Source of the DNA: an uncultured virus (IMG/VR IMGVR_UViG_3300020430_001078) | Lineage: Duplodnaviria > Heunggongvirae > Uroviricota > Caudoviricetes | Virus record (IMG/VR): IMGVR_UViG_3300020430_001078 | DNA length: 64,000 nucleotides | Strand: one strand, 5' to 3' | In this document: piece after piece, positions 47,231 to 56,434 of the stretch | How positions within the stretch are numbered: position 1 is the first letter of the stretch | Layout: every line of letters starts with the position of its first letter | The notes under the pieces: generated by a model | Seen by the model: the letters and a program-made list of their open reading frames with translations, nothing else | Database searches by the model: none | Told to the model about the DNA's origin: nothing | Translations under genes and position numbers: made by a program

Positions 47231-47732
47231 GGATAGAAAACGTATAATATATGATAGAGGTGGTACTATACCTTATCTTATTAGATACTACGTGTTTTTA
47301 AAGGACAGAAAGAACTTTCCTTTTAACATCACATTACACAAAGTATTAGAAAGTGATGAACCACAACTACATGATCATCCATGGGATTGGGGTGCTTTGA
47401 TCTTAAAAGGTGGCTATTGGGAACATACACCAGAAGGCAAACATTGGAGAGGTCCTGGTAGTATGCGATTTAGAAAAGCAGAAGATTTACATTGGTTAGA
47501 ACTTGCAAAAGACAAAGATGGAAATAACATTCCTTGTTGGAGTTTGTTTTATATGGCCAAGAAAAGAAAAGACTGGGGATTCATGGTGGACGGAAATTGG
47601 ATTCAACATGAATTGTATTTGCAACAAAAAGACGCAAGGCACAATCAGTGGGGACCTGCAGGAGAACCAGAACGTCCTGAACCTACAAGATTTGGTACTT
47701 GGGAAAGCAAAGGAAGGGAAATTGATTTCTAA
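47205..47732 (+). CDS. Cupin-fold protein
   Basis: LHDHPW, GGYWE, H.LEL; start may be 47217. Confidence 0.7.
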   Translation: MEMTMSLFKDRKRIIYDRGGTIPYLIRYYVFLKDRKNFPFNITLHKVLESDEPQLHDHPWDWGALILKGGYWEHTPEGKHWRGPGSMRFRKAEDLHWLELAKDKDGNNIPCWSLFYMAKKRKDWGFMVDGNWIQHELYLQQKDARHNQWGPAGEPERPEPTRFGTWESKGREIDF

Positions 47733-48916
47733 TGCAGGAACCTTTCGTAACAAAAAAACTAAATGGCAAATTGCTAATCTTTGACAATGTCTTTTCGCCG
47801 CCTCAACTTAATGAACTTGTACGTGATGTACAAAACTTTCCTTATTTGTATGGTGAAGTAGACGACAGCGATCTTCCGCCAACAGGAATGAGTACAGGTG
47901 AATACACAGGTACAAAAACTTTTCATGCACTATGGGAATTTATTGAACAATGGGTTCCTGAGTTGCATGGTTGCATATTAAAAAGATCACACGCAAATAT
48001 ATTTGCTCCACGTGAGTCTGCATACTATCATGTAGATGATGAAAATGATGATGCATGGACATTTATGTTTTATGCAAATAATAATTGGGATATAAATGAT
48101 GGTGGTGAAACTAAATTTATTACAAATTTAAATAATCAAAAAGATGGATATCAAGGCACAACATATCCTGATATTATAAGTATTCCGCCTATTCCAGGTA
48201 GAATGTTGGCATGGAAAAGCAACATATTACATACTGCAACGCCTTTGAGAAATCAACATAGATTTACTCCAACATTTAAATTTGTAAAATTTGACAAAGC
48301 CATTCACGGCAAGGGCGATGGTGCAATTATTATGGGAGACCCAATGACATATCCTTGGGCACAAGAATATGTACCACCAATGCCTATTAAAGAAAAGACT
48401 CACAATATTGCAAGTATTGATGTGTATGAAACAACACTACCCAATGTTGACAGCAAAGAAATATTAGATTGTGTTAGCAATGACAACGAAAGAATAGATC
48501 CTAATCCAGAAGATACTCATTATGAAGATATAAAGTTTCCAAACAATCCTTGTTGTTTGCATTTTATGAATGAAGTAGAAAAAGCAGTACAAACTTATGC
48601 AAATGATACAGAATTAGAAATCACAGGCATATGGACACACAAAACAGAGCCATATGGCAGTACTGCGTTTCACAGCCATACAAGTAGCAAATGGTCATTC
48701 GTGTATTATCCAGAAGTACAACAAGGTCAAGGCAACTTGCATTTTACAGTATTTGTAAATGATATGCCTCGATTTGAAAAAGTAATAGAACCTAAAGAAG
48801 GTATGTTGCTTATCTTTGATTCCAGAATTAGCCATTACACAGGTAAGAATGTAAGTGGCAAAGACAGATTTTCAATTAGTGGAAATTTAAACACCAGGAG
48901 TAAAGATGAAAATTAA
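47732..48916 (+). CDS. Tandem two-domain 2OG-Fe(II) oxygenase
   Basis: Domain 1 YHVD..GGET..LHTA..R; domain 2 FHSH..WSFVYY..ISHY..RFSISGN. Confidence 0.8.
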   Translation: MQEPFVTKKLNGKLLIFDNVFSPPQLNELVRDVQNFPYLYGEVDDSDLPPTGMSTGEYTGTKTFHALWEFIEQWVPELHGCILKRSHANIFAPRESAYYHVDDENDDAWTFMFYANNNWDINDGGETKFITNLNNQKDGYQGTTYPDIISIPPIPGRMLAWKSNILHTATPLRNQHRFTPTFKFVKFDKAIHGKGDGAIIMGDPMTYPWAQEYVPPMPIKEKTHNIASIDVYETTLPNVDSKEILDCVSNDNERIDPNPEDTHYEDIKFPNNPCCLHFMNEVEKAVQTYANDTELEITGIWTHKTEPYGSTAFHSHTSSKWSFVYYPEVQQGQGNLHFTVFVNDMPRFEKVIEPKEGMLLIFDSRISHYTGKNVSGKDRFSISGNLNTRSKDEN

Positions 48917-49379
48917 AAAGAAATATTACACATGGTCAGATGTAGAAAAGATGTGTGTAAGCATTGTTAACCAGATGTATGCGGACAACTGGAAGCCAGA
49001 CTATATTGTTGGCATTACAAGAGGCGGTAACGTGCCTGCAACCATCATAAGCAATATGACTGGTATAAAGTGTAGAGCTTTGGATGTAAGTTTTAGAGAT
49101 GGCGGAGAAGTAATCAGCGACAACGGTATGAAAGCTGATGCACACGCAGGTAAAAAGATTTTAATCGTTGATGATATAAACGATACAGGTGCAACTTTCC
49201 AGTGGATATCAAATGACTGGAATCTAAATAATATAGACAATGTAAAGTTCGCAACACTTACAAATAATTTAGCAAGTGAATTTGACGCACAAGGTTATCA
49301 TTGTGATGAAGTAAACAAAAGCGAAGAAGACGTTTGGTTAGTTTATCCTTGGGAAAACGTAGGAAGTTATGACGACTAA
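48906..49379 (+). CDS. Purine phosphoribosyltransferase (Gpt-like)
   Basis: IVGITRGG, ILIVDDINDTGAT, WLVYPWE. Confidence 0.88.
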   Translation: MKIKKKYYTWSDVEKMCVSIVNQMYADNWKPDYIVGITRGGNVPATIISNMTGIKCRALDVSFRDGGEVISDNGMKADAHAGKKILIVDDINDTGATFQWISNDWNLNNIDNVKFATLTNNLASEFDAQGYHCDEVNKSEEDVWLVYPWENVGSYDD

Positions 49380-50073
49380 ACTAGGATGGTGTTGGACAGG
49401 AACTATACCAGATTTGCTTGTACTAGAACCTGAACGTTTTAAAACACCAAAGATAGTAAACAAGAGTTACAATAAAAGAGGAGTTATAGATTGTCCATCT
49501 TATCAGGGCTTTTATAACAATCTTTTTATTTTGAAGTCACCTGTGTCTTTTACTGCCATTCCAAAAGAAGGCGGCGTAGACATAGAAAGTGATGAAGTAG
49601 ACACACATCAATTACAAGGTTTAGTTACGTTGCATCAACCAGATGAAATGTATGATGTAAACAAACCAATGTTCCAATTCAATCTAAATTATTTGTTTGT
49701 AGCAGACCAACCATGTTTAATGGAAATACTGCCTCCATTTTTAAAGCCCAACAAGTTTCCTGGTGAAGTTATTGGTGGTAGCTATAATATTCACAGTTGG
49801 GTAAGAAGCATTAGTTGGGGATTTGTTTTTAACAATACAGATAAAAAGCTATCCATCAAACGTGGTGATCCTTTATGTTATGTTAAGTTTACACCAAATA
49901 ATTTGAAAACAAATGTAACATTACAAGAATGTGAACTTACAGAAGATTTAATTAAAGAATTGGATAAAAAGAGATACTTGACACAATTCAAAAAAGGTGG
50001 TATAATTAACTTAATGAGTAGAGCATTGAAGTTAAGACCAAAAAAATTATTAAAATTTAAGCCCAAGTTATGA
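49369..50073 (+). CDS. Hypothetical protein (similar to 17799)
   Basis: CPS, IKRGDPLCYV. Confidence 0.6.
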   Translation: MTTKLGWCWTGTIPDLLVLEPERFKTPKIVNKSYNKRGVIDCPSYQGFYNNLFILKSPVSFTAIPKEGGVDIESDEVDTHQLQGLVTLHQPDEMYDVNKPMFQFNLNYLFVADQPCLMEILPPFLKPNKFPGEVIGGSYNIHSWVRSISWGFVFNNTDKKLSIKRGDPLCYVKFTPNNLKTNVTLQECELTEDLIKELDKKRYLTQFKKGGIINLMSRALKLRPKKLLKFKPKL

Positions 50074-50309
50074 GTGACAACATAGTAAAATTTCCAGATA
50101 TAAAAGATAAGGTACACATATTACATTTTAAAGTACCAGCAGTTATTAGTATGCACAAAAAAGCAGACAGTGATATTGCATTAGAAATAAGACGTTTGAA
50201 TGAAAGAGAAGGTATTGGACAGGCATGGGTACCTGCCAAGAACATTACAGAAGCTAAAAAGAAATTACATGATATGATAAAAGTAACGGAGTGGATAGAT
50301 GATGCGTGA
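50070..50309 (+). CDS. Hypothetical protein
   Basis: 79 aa ORF. Confidence 0.55.
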   Translation: MSDNIVKFPDIKDKVHILHFKVPAVISMHKKADSDIALEIRRLNEREGIGQAWVPAKNITEAKKKLHDMIKVTEWIDDA

Positions 50310-50697
50310 AGACCTTATGGTACAACAACAAGTAGAAAACTTGTGGCAACACTTCGTAGGTGTTATTTGTTTGAATCAAACAGGCAGGGTACAAGTAAAG
50401 AGAGTACTGCCAGAGTTCTTTGATAAATGGCCTACTCCGCAAAAGTATTTAAAAAGCGATAAGAAAACTGTAATAGAAGTTATAAAAAGTTTGGGCTTTT
50501 ACAACAAACGTGAAAACACAATTAGAAAAATGACTGAAGACTTTTTAAATTGGGACGGAGAAGATGCAACAAAATTGTATGGCATTGGCAAGTATGGGTC
50601 AGACAGTTATGAATTATTTTACAAAAAACGTATACCAGAGAACGTAGGAGATCACGAATTACAAAGATACATCAAGGAAGAATTTCATGCAGTATAG
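50299..50697 (+). CDS. HhH-GPD DNA glycosylase, MBD4-like
   Basis: ICLNQT, WPTP, LGFYNKR, LYGIGKYGSDSY, GDH. Confidence 0.85.
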   Translation: MMREDLMVQQQVENLWQHFVGVICLNQTGRVQVKRVLPEFFDKWPTPQKYLKSDKKTVIEVIKSLGFYNKRENTIRKMTEDFLNWDGEDATKLYGIGKYGSDSYELFYKKRIPENVGDHELQRYIKEEFHAV

Positions 50698-51112
50698 TCA
50701 AGTGCCTTGGAAAGATGTATTAGTAGATACAAAAGAGTATACAGTATTTAAGGACAAGTATCCTGTAACAGAAGGACACGTTCTTTTTGTACCTAAGATA
50801 GAAGACTGGGAACATTTGACAACTTGTTTTTCTGCCGCTTACAAATGGGGATATGATTGGGTTGAACGTGGTTATTGTGATGCTTTTAACATAGGACAAA
50901 ACGTAGGCAAAGAAGCAGGACAAAGTGTGATGTATCCACACGTACATTTAATACCAAGACGTGTAGGAGACATGGACGATCCTAAGGGTGGCGTGAGAGG
51001 AGTCATTCCAGAAATGCAAAAGTACGTTGATGAAGATTTGAAAAGAAGAGAAGGTTCGTGGAACACAAAAGAAATTATTGAAGCACAAGAGAGGATACTA
51101 AAAAGAAGATGA
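50687..51112 (+). CDS. HIT-family hydrolase
   Basis: DKYPVTEGHVLFVP, AGQSVMYPHVHLIPR. Confidence 0.88.
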   Translation: MQYSQVPWKDVLVDTKEYTVFKDKYPVTEGHVLFVPKIEDWEHLTTCFSAAYKWGYDWVERGYCDAFNIGQNVGKEAGQSVMYPHVHLIPRRVGDMDDPKGGVRGVIPEMQKYVDEDLKRREGSWNTKEIIEAQERILKRR

Positions 51113-51981
51113 GAATCGCGGCATTAGGTTGTAGTCACACTTGCGGATATCATGTTAAGGATATGCCAGATGATAAAGTGTTAGATATAAACACTTGGCC
51201 TTTTAGTGGCAAATGGAATGACAACAACTGGGCAGAATTTTATATTAATGACAAAGATGCTGACGGAGTTATATTTGCAAACAGCAGTAACGGTTGGTGG
51301 GAGTATAGCGAATGGTTAAGTTTTTTATTTAAAAAGTATGATGACATTAAAGAGGTAATTGTACAAAATACCTACTGGAATAGATTTAGATTAAGTATGA
51401 TGGATCCACCTGATTACGAAAATGTTATTCCGCATGATGAATTATATCATTTGGAACACAAAAAAGGCAAAATTGATTTGTGGTTGAAAAGACTGCACAA
51501 TGAACAAAAGAACGTATTCGATATTCCGTTACAATGTTATCCACAAGATTATTCAAACAGATTACATTTTAACGTGAAATTTGATCCAAGGTTCATGATG
51601 GGTGCTCCAGACCTAAGAGCAGAACCCTACATGAAAGTAAAAACTTGGATGGAGATTATGTCGTTGAAAGCACAAAGGGAATGGTTTAAAGAGATGTTCA
51701 TTCTACAAGAGCTTTGCCGACGTAATGGAGCAGAGCTGAAATTATTCAGCTTGAACAAGTGGACATGGATACCCGACGAAATGTTAATTCCAAAATTACG
51801 TAATTCATTTTACAATTTTGATTACATTCAAGTCGCCCCAAATCATGTAGAAGAATGGTTTTTACGTGAAAAGAAGTTAAATATAACGAAGGAGACTGTT
51901 GATGGTGAACACTTCGGAGATGATATACACAAAATAATCGCTTTAGAATATCTACCACAACAATTCGGAAAGGACAAATAA
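51109..51981 (+). CDS. SGNH-hydrolase-like protein
   Basis: LGCSHTCG N-terminal block and C-terminal DGEH. Confidence 0.55.
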   Translation: MRIAALGCSHTCGYHVKDMPDDKVLDINTWPFSGKWNDNNWAEFYINDKDADGVIFANSSNGWWEYSEWLSFLFKKYDDIKEVIVQNTYWNRFRLSMMDPPDYENVIPHDELYHLEHKKGKIDLWLKRLHNEQKNVFDIPLQCYPQDYSNRLHFNVKFDPRFMMGAPDLRAEPYMKVKTWMEIMSLKAQREWFKEMFILQELCRRNGAELKLFSLNKWTWIPDEMLIPKLRNSFYNFDYIQVAPNHVEEWFLREKKLNITKETVDGEHFGDDIHKIIALEYLPQQFGKDK

Positions 51982-52187
51982 TGGCTGTAAACAGGGAAGA
52001 GATCATTAAATCTATGATTGCTCACGCAGAAGGACAGATTGCAAAACACAAGATGAATGTAGAAATATTTTTGCAAAATGGAGTAGGCGTTGGTGAACAT
52101 AATGATGTACTCGAAACAATTGAAAAAGAAATCAATTCAATCGGAAAATACCAAGAACAATTAGATGTACTCAAAAATCATTTTTAG
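51981..52187 (+). CDS. Small conserved phage protein
   Basis: GVGVGEH motif, AAGGA RBS. Confidence 0.65.
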   Translation: MAVNREEIIKSMIAHAEGQIAKHKMNVEIFLQNGVGVGEHNDVLETIEKEINSIGKYQEQLDVLKNHF

Positions 52188-52199
52188 TGCAAATAAAAC

Positions 52200-52228
52200 T
52201 TGACAAAAAACCTAAATAAGTGTATTAT
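52200..52228 (+). promoter_or_regulatory. Composite promoter: sigma70 with nested late TAAATA
   Basis: TTGACA-17-TATTAT; TAAATA at 52213-52218. Confidence 0.65.
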
Positions 52229-52275
52229 AACTTAATAAGGCGAAGACATCCTCGTCTATAACTCGGAGAAGAAAA

Positions 52276-52962
52276 TTGATTAAAAGCGAAGAAATTATTA
52301 AACGGATAAAAGACTCAGGTACTACGTACTGGGCAGGTGACAATATATCCCAACATTTACAACCAGGCGATAAAGAAGCACTGATTGAAGAACTTGTTCC
52401 AAAGTTTGAAGCGGTGTTAGATAGCCTGGTTATCGATCGACACAATGATCCCAACAGTATGGACACAGGCAGACGTCTTGCTAAGATGTACATCAATGAA
52501 TTGATGAGTGGACGTTATGAACCTATGCCCAATGCAACTGCATTTCCTAATCACGTAACAGATGGTTACAAAGGTATGTTGGTTGTAAGAAGTGAAATTA
52601 AAAGTTTATGCAGTCATCATCATCAACCAGTGAACGGTGTTGCATACATAGGAATTATTGCCGCGGACACATTGATAGGTTTGAGCAAGTACACAAGGAT
52701 TGCACAATGGTGTGCAAGACGTGGTACATTACAAGAAGAACTTAACAACGTAATTGCAAATGAAATACAAACTGCAACTGGTAGTCCGAACGTTGGTGTA
52801 TATTTACAAGCAACACATGGTTGTTGTGAAAACAGAGGAATAAGAGCTCACAGTAGTTTGACACAGACAACTGTATTGCGTGGAGCATTTGGTGAAGATC
52901 CAGGAACCAAGAAGGAGTTCATGGACAACATCAAGTTACAACAAGAATTTGCACCAAGGTAG
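52276..52962 (+). CDS. folE: GTP cyclohydrolase I
   Basis: SLCSHH, IGLSK, LQEEL, HGCCENRG. Confidence 0.95.
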   Translation: MIKSEEIIKRIKDSGTTYWAGDNISQHLQPGDKEALIEELVPKFEAVLDSLVIDRHNDPNSMDTGRRLAKMYINELMSGRYEPMPNATAFPNHVTDGYKGMLVVRSEIKSLCSHHHQPVNGVAYIGIIAADTLIGLSKYTRIAQWCARRGTLQEELNNVIANEIQTATGSPNVGVYLQATHGCCENRGIRAHSSLTQTTVLRGAFGEDPGTKKEFMDNIKLQQEFAPR

Positions 52963-52974
52963 ACGGAGGGCAGT

Positions 52975-53352
52975 ATGAAAAAGTTTATGGTCAGTGCGGC
53001 AACAGTTCTGTTCGATGACTCGAAGAACGATCTACGTGCTTTACCTAAGACAGTTAGATTACAATTATTGACTGTTTTAAGTTTTGTTTGGTCGACAGCA
53101 TTTACACTTTACATATGGGGATTGCTTAGAGCTGACATATGGACGGCACTTGTAGTAGGACACATAGCAATTATTTTTGCTTCATACTATACATTTAAGC
53201 AGTTTCATGAAGCAAGAAAAAGCATCGCTGGTTTTGATACTGGATATAGATCATATGGCAGAGGAAGACAGTTTGTGATTATGAGAGACAAAAAGAATCG
53301 ACCTTACAAGGTAAACTTGCCTGAAGGCGACCCAGGAGGAGAACATGAATAG
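52975..53352 (+). CDS. Membrane protein
   Basis: Two TM segments, GGAGG RBS. Confidence 0.65.
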   Translation: MKKFMVSAATVLFDDSKNDLRALPKTVRLQLLTVLSFVWSTAFTLYIWGLLRADIWTALVVGHIAIIFASYYTFKQFHEARKSIAGFDTGYRSYGRGRQFVIMRDKKNRPYKVNLPEGDPGGEHE

Positions 53353-53572
53353 AGAAGAAGAACAACTTGAGTTATTTGATACAACGGATCAGTTCGGTAA
53401 CGATACTCATGCCGCACCTAAACTTCCAAAGGTGGACAAGGGTTTCAAGGCACGATTTATTGATCCTAAAAATCAAACTAACCTAGGGGACAGTTATTTT
53501 AACCTAGGCAATCATATCTTGATTATAGGCTTTATTGCTATGATAAGTTTTGTAGTCTATGCAAGTTATTAA
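53345..53572 (+). CDS. Small protein with C-terminal TM
   Basis: AGGAGG RBS. Confidence 0.6.
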   Translation: MNREEEQLELFDTTDQFGNDTHAAPKLPKVDKGFKARFIDPKNQTNLGDSYFNLGNHILIIGFIAMISFVVYASY

Positions 53573-53581
53573 GGAGAACAA

Positions 53582-53830
53582 ATGCCAATACCAGAAAAGA
53601 TCATAATACCAGCAAGTAAGGATCCAGGTGAAGGACACTTTGCGGTTAGTATTGTAAAAAGTATTTTTAGATTTGTAGCAAGTGGTATGCTCTGCTACGC
53701 AGGTTATTCTCTGTGGTCAGAGAATAATTACAGTGATATTTTTATTGCTGAAGCTGGATTCATGATGATGTGTGCAGGAGCAATATTTTTCATAGCAGAA
53801 GTGCTTGGAATAATCGAGGAGATAGTATAA
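53582..53830 (+). CDS. Membrane protein
   Basis: AAGGAG RBS; AEVLGIIEE C-terminus. Confidence 0.65.
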   Translation: MPIPEKIIIPASKDPGEGHFAVSIVKSIFRFVASGMLCYAGYSLWSENNYSDIFIAEAGFMMMCAGAIFFIAEVLGIIEEIV

Positions 53831-54015
53831 TGAAAGAAGGACCAATGAAAGAACATTTTGAAAGAGATGATGCTGGAATCATAAAAGCAGTATTCATCAC
53901 GTATCGCAAAAAGAACGGATCTCTTGTAAAAGAGACTTCCGAACGTAGATTCTATGGTGACGGTGATTACACTGACAGCTATATTGATGAACCTTTAGCT
54001 AGTTTGGGTGACTAA
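53830..54015 (+). CDS. Hypothetical protein
   Basis: TAATG coupled; 61 aa. Confidence 0.55.
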   Translation: MKEGPMKEHFERDDAGIIKAVFITYRKKNGSLVKETSERRFYGDGDYTDSYIDEPLASLGD

Positions 54016-54162
54016 AATGGGATTGTTCAGCAAAAAGGATAGGCCACATTGGGAAGTAATGGCAGATGATGGAATGAATAAGTTTTTGAAATTCTGTATA
54101 TTTTGTCTCTTTACATATGGCGGATATCATGTTATAATAGCACTATATGATAGGTTTGCAGG

Positions 54163-54669
54163 ATGACTGAAAGAATTGGTATTATGTATGGTTCAACGAC
54201 CGCAAATAGTGAACGTACTGCGGAAACTATTTGGGATATTATGAAAGAAACTGAACTGCATGATATTAAAGATGGCGTAGATGTTTTGGAACAATATGAA
54301 AAAATTATATTGGTTTCTCCCACATGGGACTATGGTGCATTACAAGAAGATTACATCGAAGCATGGGATAAATTAAAAACAGTGAATTGGAAAAACAAAA
54401 GTGTTGCATTGGTTGGACTAGGCGATCAAGTTGGTTATGGTGATTTGTATCAAGACAGCATGAGTACATTATATGAAATGATCAAAGAACTAGGAGGTCA
54501 ATTTGTTGGCTTTACAAGTACAGAAGGACACAAATATGATCAAAGCAAAGCAACAAGGGGTGATAAGTTTGTTGGTCTTGCTATTGATGAAGACAATCAA
54601 TCTAGTCTTAGCACAGAACGTATCAATGCTTGGATAGAACAGTTAAGATCCACTTGGAGTTTAAATTAA
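54163..54669 (+). CDS. fldA: Long-chain flavodoxin
   Basis: YGSTTANSE, PTWDYG, GLGDQVGY, FVGLAIDEDNQ. Confidence 0.92.
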   Translation: MTERIGIMYGSTTANSERTAETIWDIMKETELHDIKDGVDVLEQYEKIILVSPTWDYGALQEDYIEAWDKLKTVNWKNKSVALVGLGDQVGYGDLYQDSMSTLYEMIKELGGQFVGFTSTEGHKYDQSKATRGDKFVGLAIDEDNQSSLSTERINAWIEQLRSTWSLN

Positions 54670-55610
54670 TGACAACTGTACACAACACAGGTAGATCAAG
54701 AGATAAGGCTGTAACAAAGGTACGTAAATATTATTACAGTGAAATATTTCACAGTATTCAAGGTGAAGGACATTACACAGGTGCTCCAACGGCTTGGATA
54801 AGATTCTTCTTGTGTAACTTACAATGCAATGGCTTTGGACAACTAGATCCAACTAATCCAGACACATATGAATTGCCATTTGAAGAGTTTGATGTAAGTT
54901 CTGTAAAGAGAGTAGAAGACTTGCCTGTGTGGGAACGTGGTTGTGATAGTTCTTATACTTGGGCAAAGAAGTTCAAAGGACTTATGGGACAAGAAACTCC
55001 TGAGGTTATTGCAAACAAAATTATTAACATATTGAAAACAGACAGCAATCCAGAAGGATTGTTTTTGCATCCTGTGAGTAACTTTAGACAGCATTTGTGT
55101 ATCACAGGAGGTGAGCCTTTGATGACTACAGGTCAACAAGCAACCATTGGTATATATGCTGAACTTAAAAGACAGAACAATTTGCCAGGATCAATGACAT
55201 TTGAAACAAATGGTACACAACAACTAAGGCCAGAGTTTATTGAATGGGGTAAAAGTATAGACACAGAAATATTTTTTAGTTGTAGTCCTAAATTGTACAC
55301 AGTATCTGGTGAACATCCAGACAAAGCAATTAAGCCTGAGAGAGTAGCAGAATACTTACAGGTGAGTAGAAAAGGACAACTTAAATTCGTTGTTGGAGCA
55401 AAACAACGTGAATGGGACGAGATGGAGTCAACAGTTGAGAAGTTTAGAAAAGCAGGTGTTGATTGGCCAGTATGGATAATGCCTACAGGTGCAAGAGAAG
55501 AAGAACAGACTGCGTCAGCAGGAAAGATTGCGGAGAAGGCGTTTAAGCGAGGATACAATGTGGCGGCAAGAGTCCATGTGTATCTATTTGGAAATGCAAT
55601 AGGCACGTAG
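54669..55610 (+). CDS. queE: 7-carboxy-7-deazaguanine synthase (radical SAM)
   Basis: EIFHSIQGEG, RFFLCNLQC...CDS, ITGGEP, ETNGT, SPK. Confidence 0.9.
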   Translation: MTTVHNTGRSRDKAVTKVRKYYYSEIFHSIQGEGHYTGAPTAWIRFFLCNLQCNGFGQLDPTNPDTYELPFEEFDVSSVKRVEDLPVWERGCDSSYTWAKKFKGLMGQETPEVIANKIINILKTDSNPEGLFLHPVSNFRQHLCITGGEPLMTTGQQATIGIYAELKRQNNLPGSMTFETNGTQQLRPEFIEWGKSIDTEIFFSCSPKLYTVSGEHPDKAIKPERVAEYLQVSRKGQLKFVVGAKQREWDEMESTVEKFRKAGVDWPVWIMPTGAREEEQTASAGKIAEKAFKRGYNVAARVHVYLFGNAIGT

Positions 55611-55621
55611 GAGGTGTTATT

Positions 55622-55972
55622 ATGAAACCATTAAGAACAATTATTGTAGTATTTGTATTTTTTCTAGGGATACTTATCTACAAAAATTCAGAGGCCGCTG
55701 ATTGGCAAGAAAAGCCAATAGTATGTATGCAGTGGCATGAAGTAGAAATTGGATTAACTGAAAGGGGAGAAATACTACTTTCTCAAGGTATCCAAACAAC
55801 CACTGTACGTGATGTGGAAGGATATTCGGAAGTGCCAGTGTTTTTACCTCTGTCAATATACGTCAATCCAAAAACAAAAACGTATACAATACTAGAGTAC
55901 CATCCTGGTTATGAAACTTATTGTGTGATAAGTTATGGACAGGAATTTGGAAACTACGGAGAAAAAACATGA
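55622..55972 (+). CDS. Hypothetical exported protein
   Basis: N-terminal signal/TM, GGAGG RBS. Confidence 0.6.
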   Translation: MKPLRTIIVVFVFFLGILIYKNSEAADWQEKPIVCMQWHEVEIGLTERGEILLSQGIQTTTVRDVEGYSEVPVFLPLSIYVNPKTKTYTILEYHPGYETYCVISYGQEFGNYGEKT

Positions 55973-56349
55973 AAGACTTTTTAAACAAAGTCAAGAATAA
56001 GTTCAAAAAAGATCCAAAAGCGGAAACTTCTGAACAGAAAAGACTGCGTCTTTTACAAGAAGAAAAGAAGGCGGCTACAAAGGCTAAGAAGCCTTGGGTG
56101 GCTGTTTTGAATACTCATGTCAATCATCATGATATCAAGAATGGATTTTTTGAATTAGATTGGAACAATGAGTTTATTGAACAATTACTTGACGCAGGAT
56201 ACAAAGGCGAAACAAATGAACAGATTGTTGATGCATGGTTCAAAACTATTGCAAGAAACATTTTGGAAGAACAAGGACTTGACCCAAATAGAAATTCAGG
56301 GTATATTAATATTAACAAAAGAGATGATGGTAAAACGGAGGTAAGCTAA
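55969..56349 (+). CDS. Hypothetical phage protein
   Basis: GFFELDWNNEF motif. Confidence 0.7.
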   Translation: MKDFLNKVKNKFKKDPKAETSEQKRLRLLQEEKKAATKAKKPWVAVLNTHVNHHDIKNGFFELDWNNEFIEQLLDAGYKGETNEQIVDAWFKTIARNILEEQGLDPNRNSGYININKRDDGKTEVS

Positions 56350-56434
56350 TGTCACCTAATCCAAATTATATAAACATGATAATTAACTTTTCAATACTTG
56401 GTGTATTATTTTACGTTGCGGTACAGGTAAGCTA

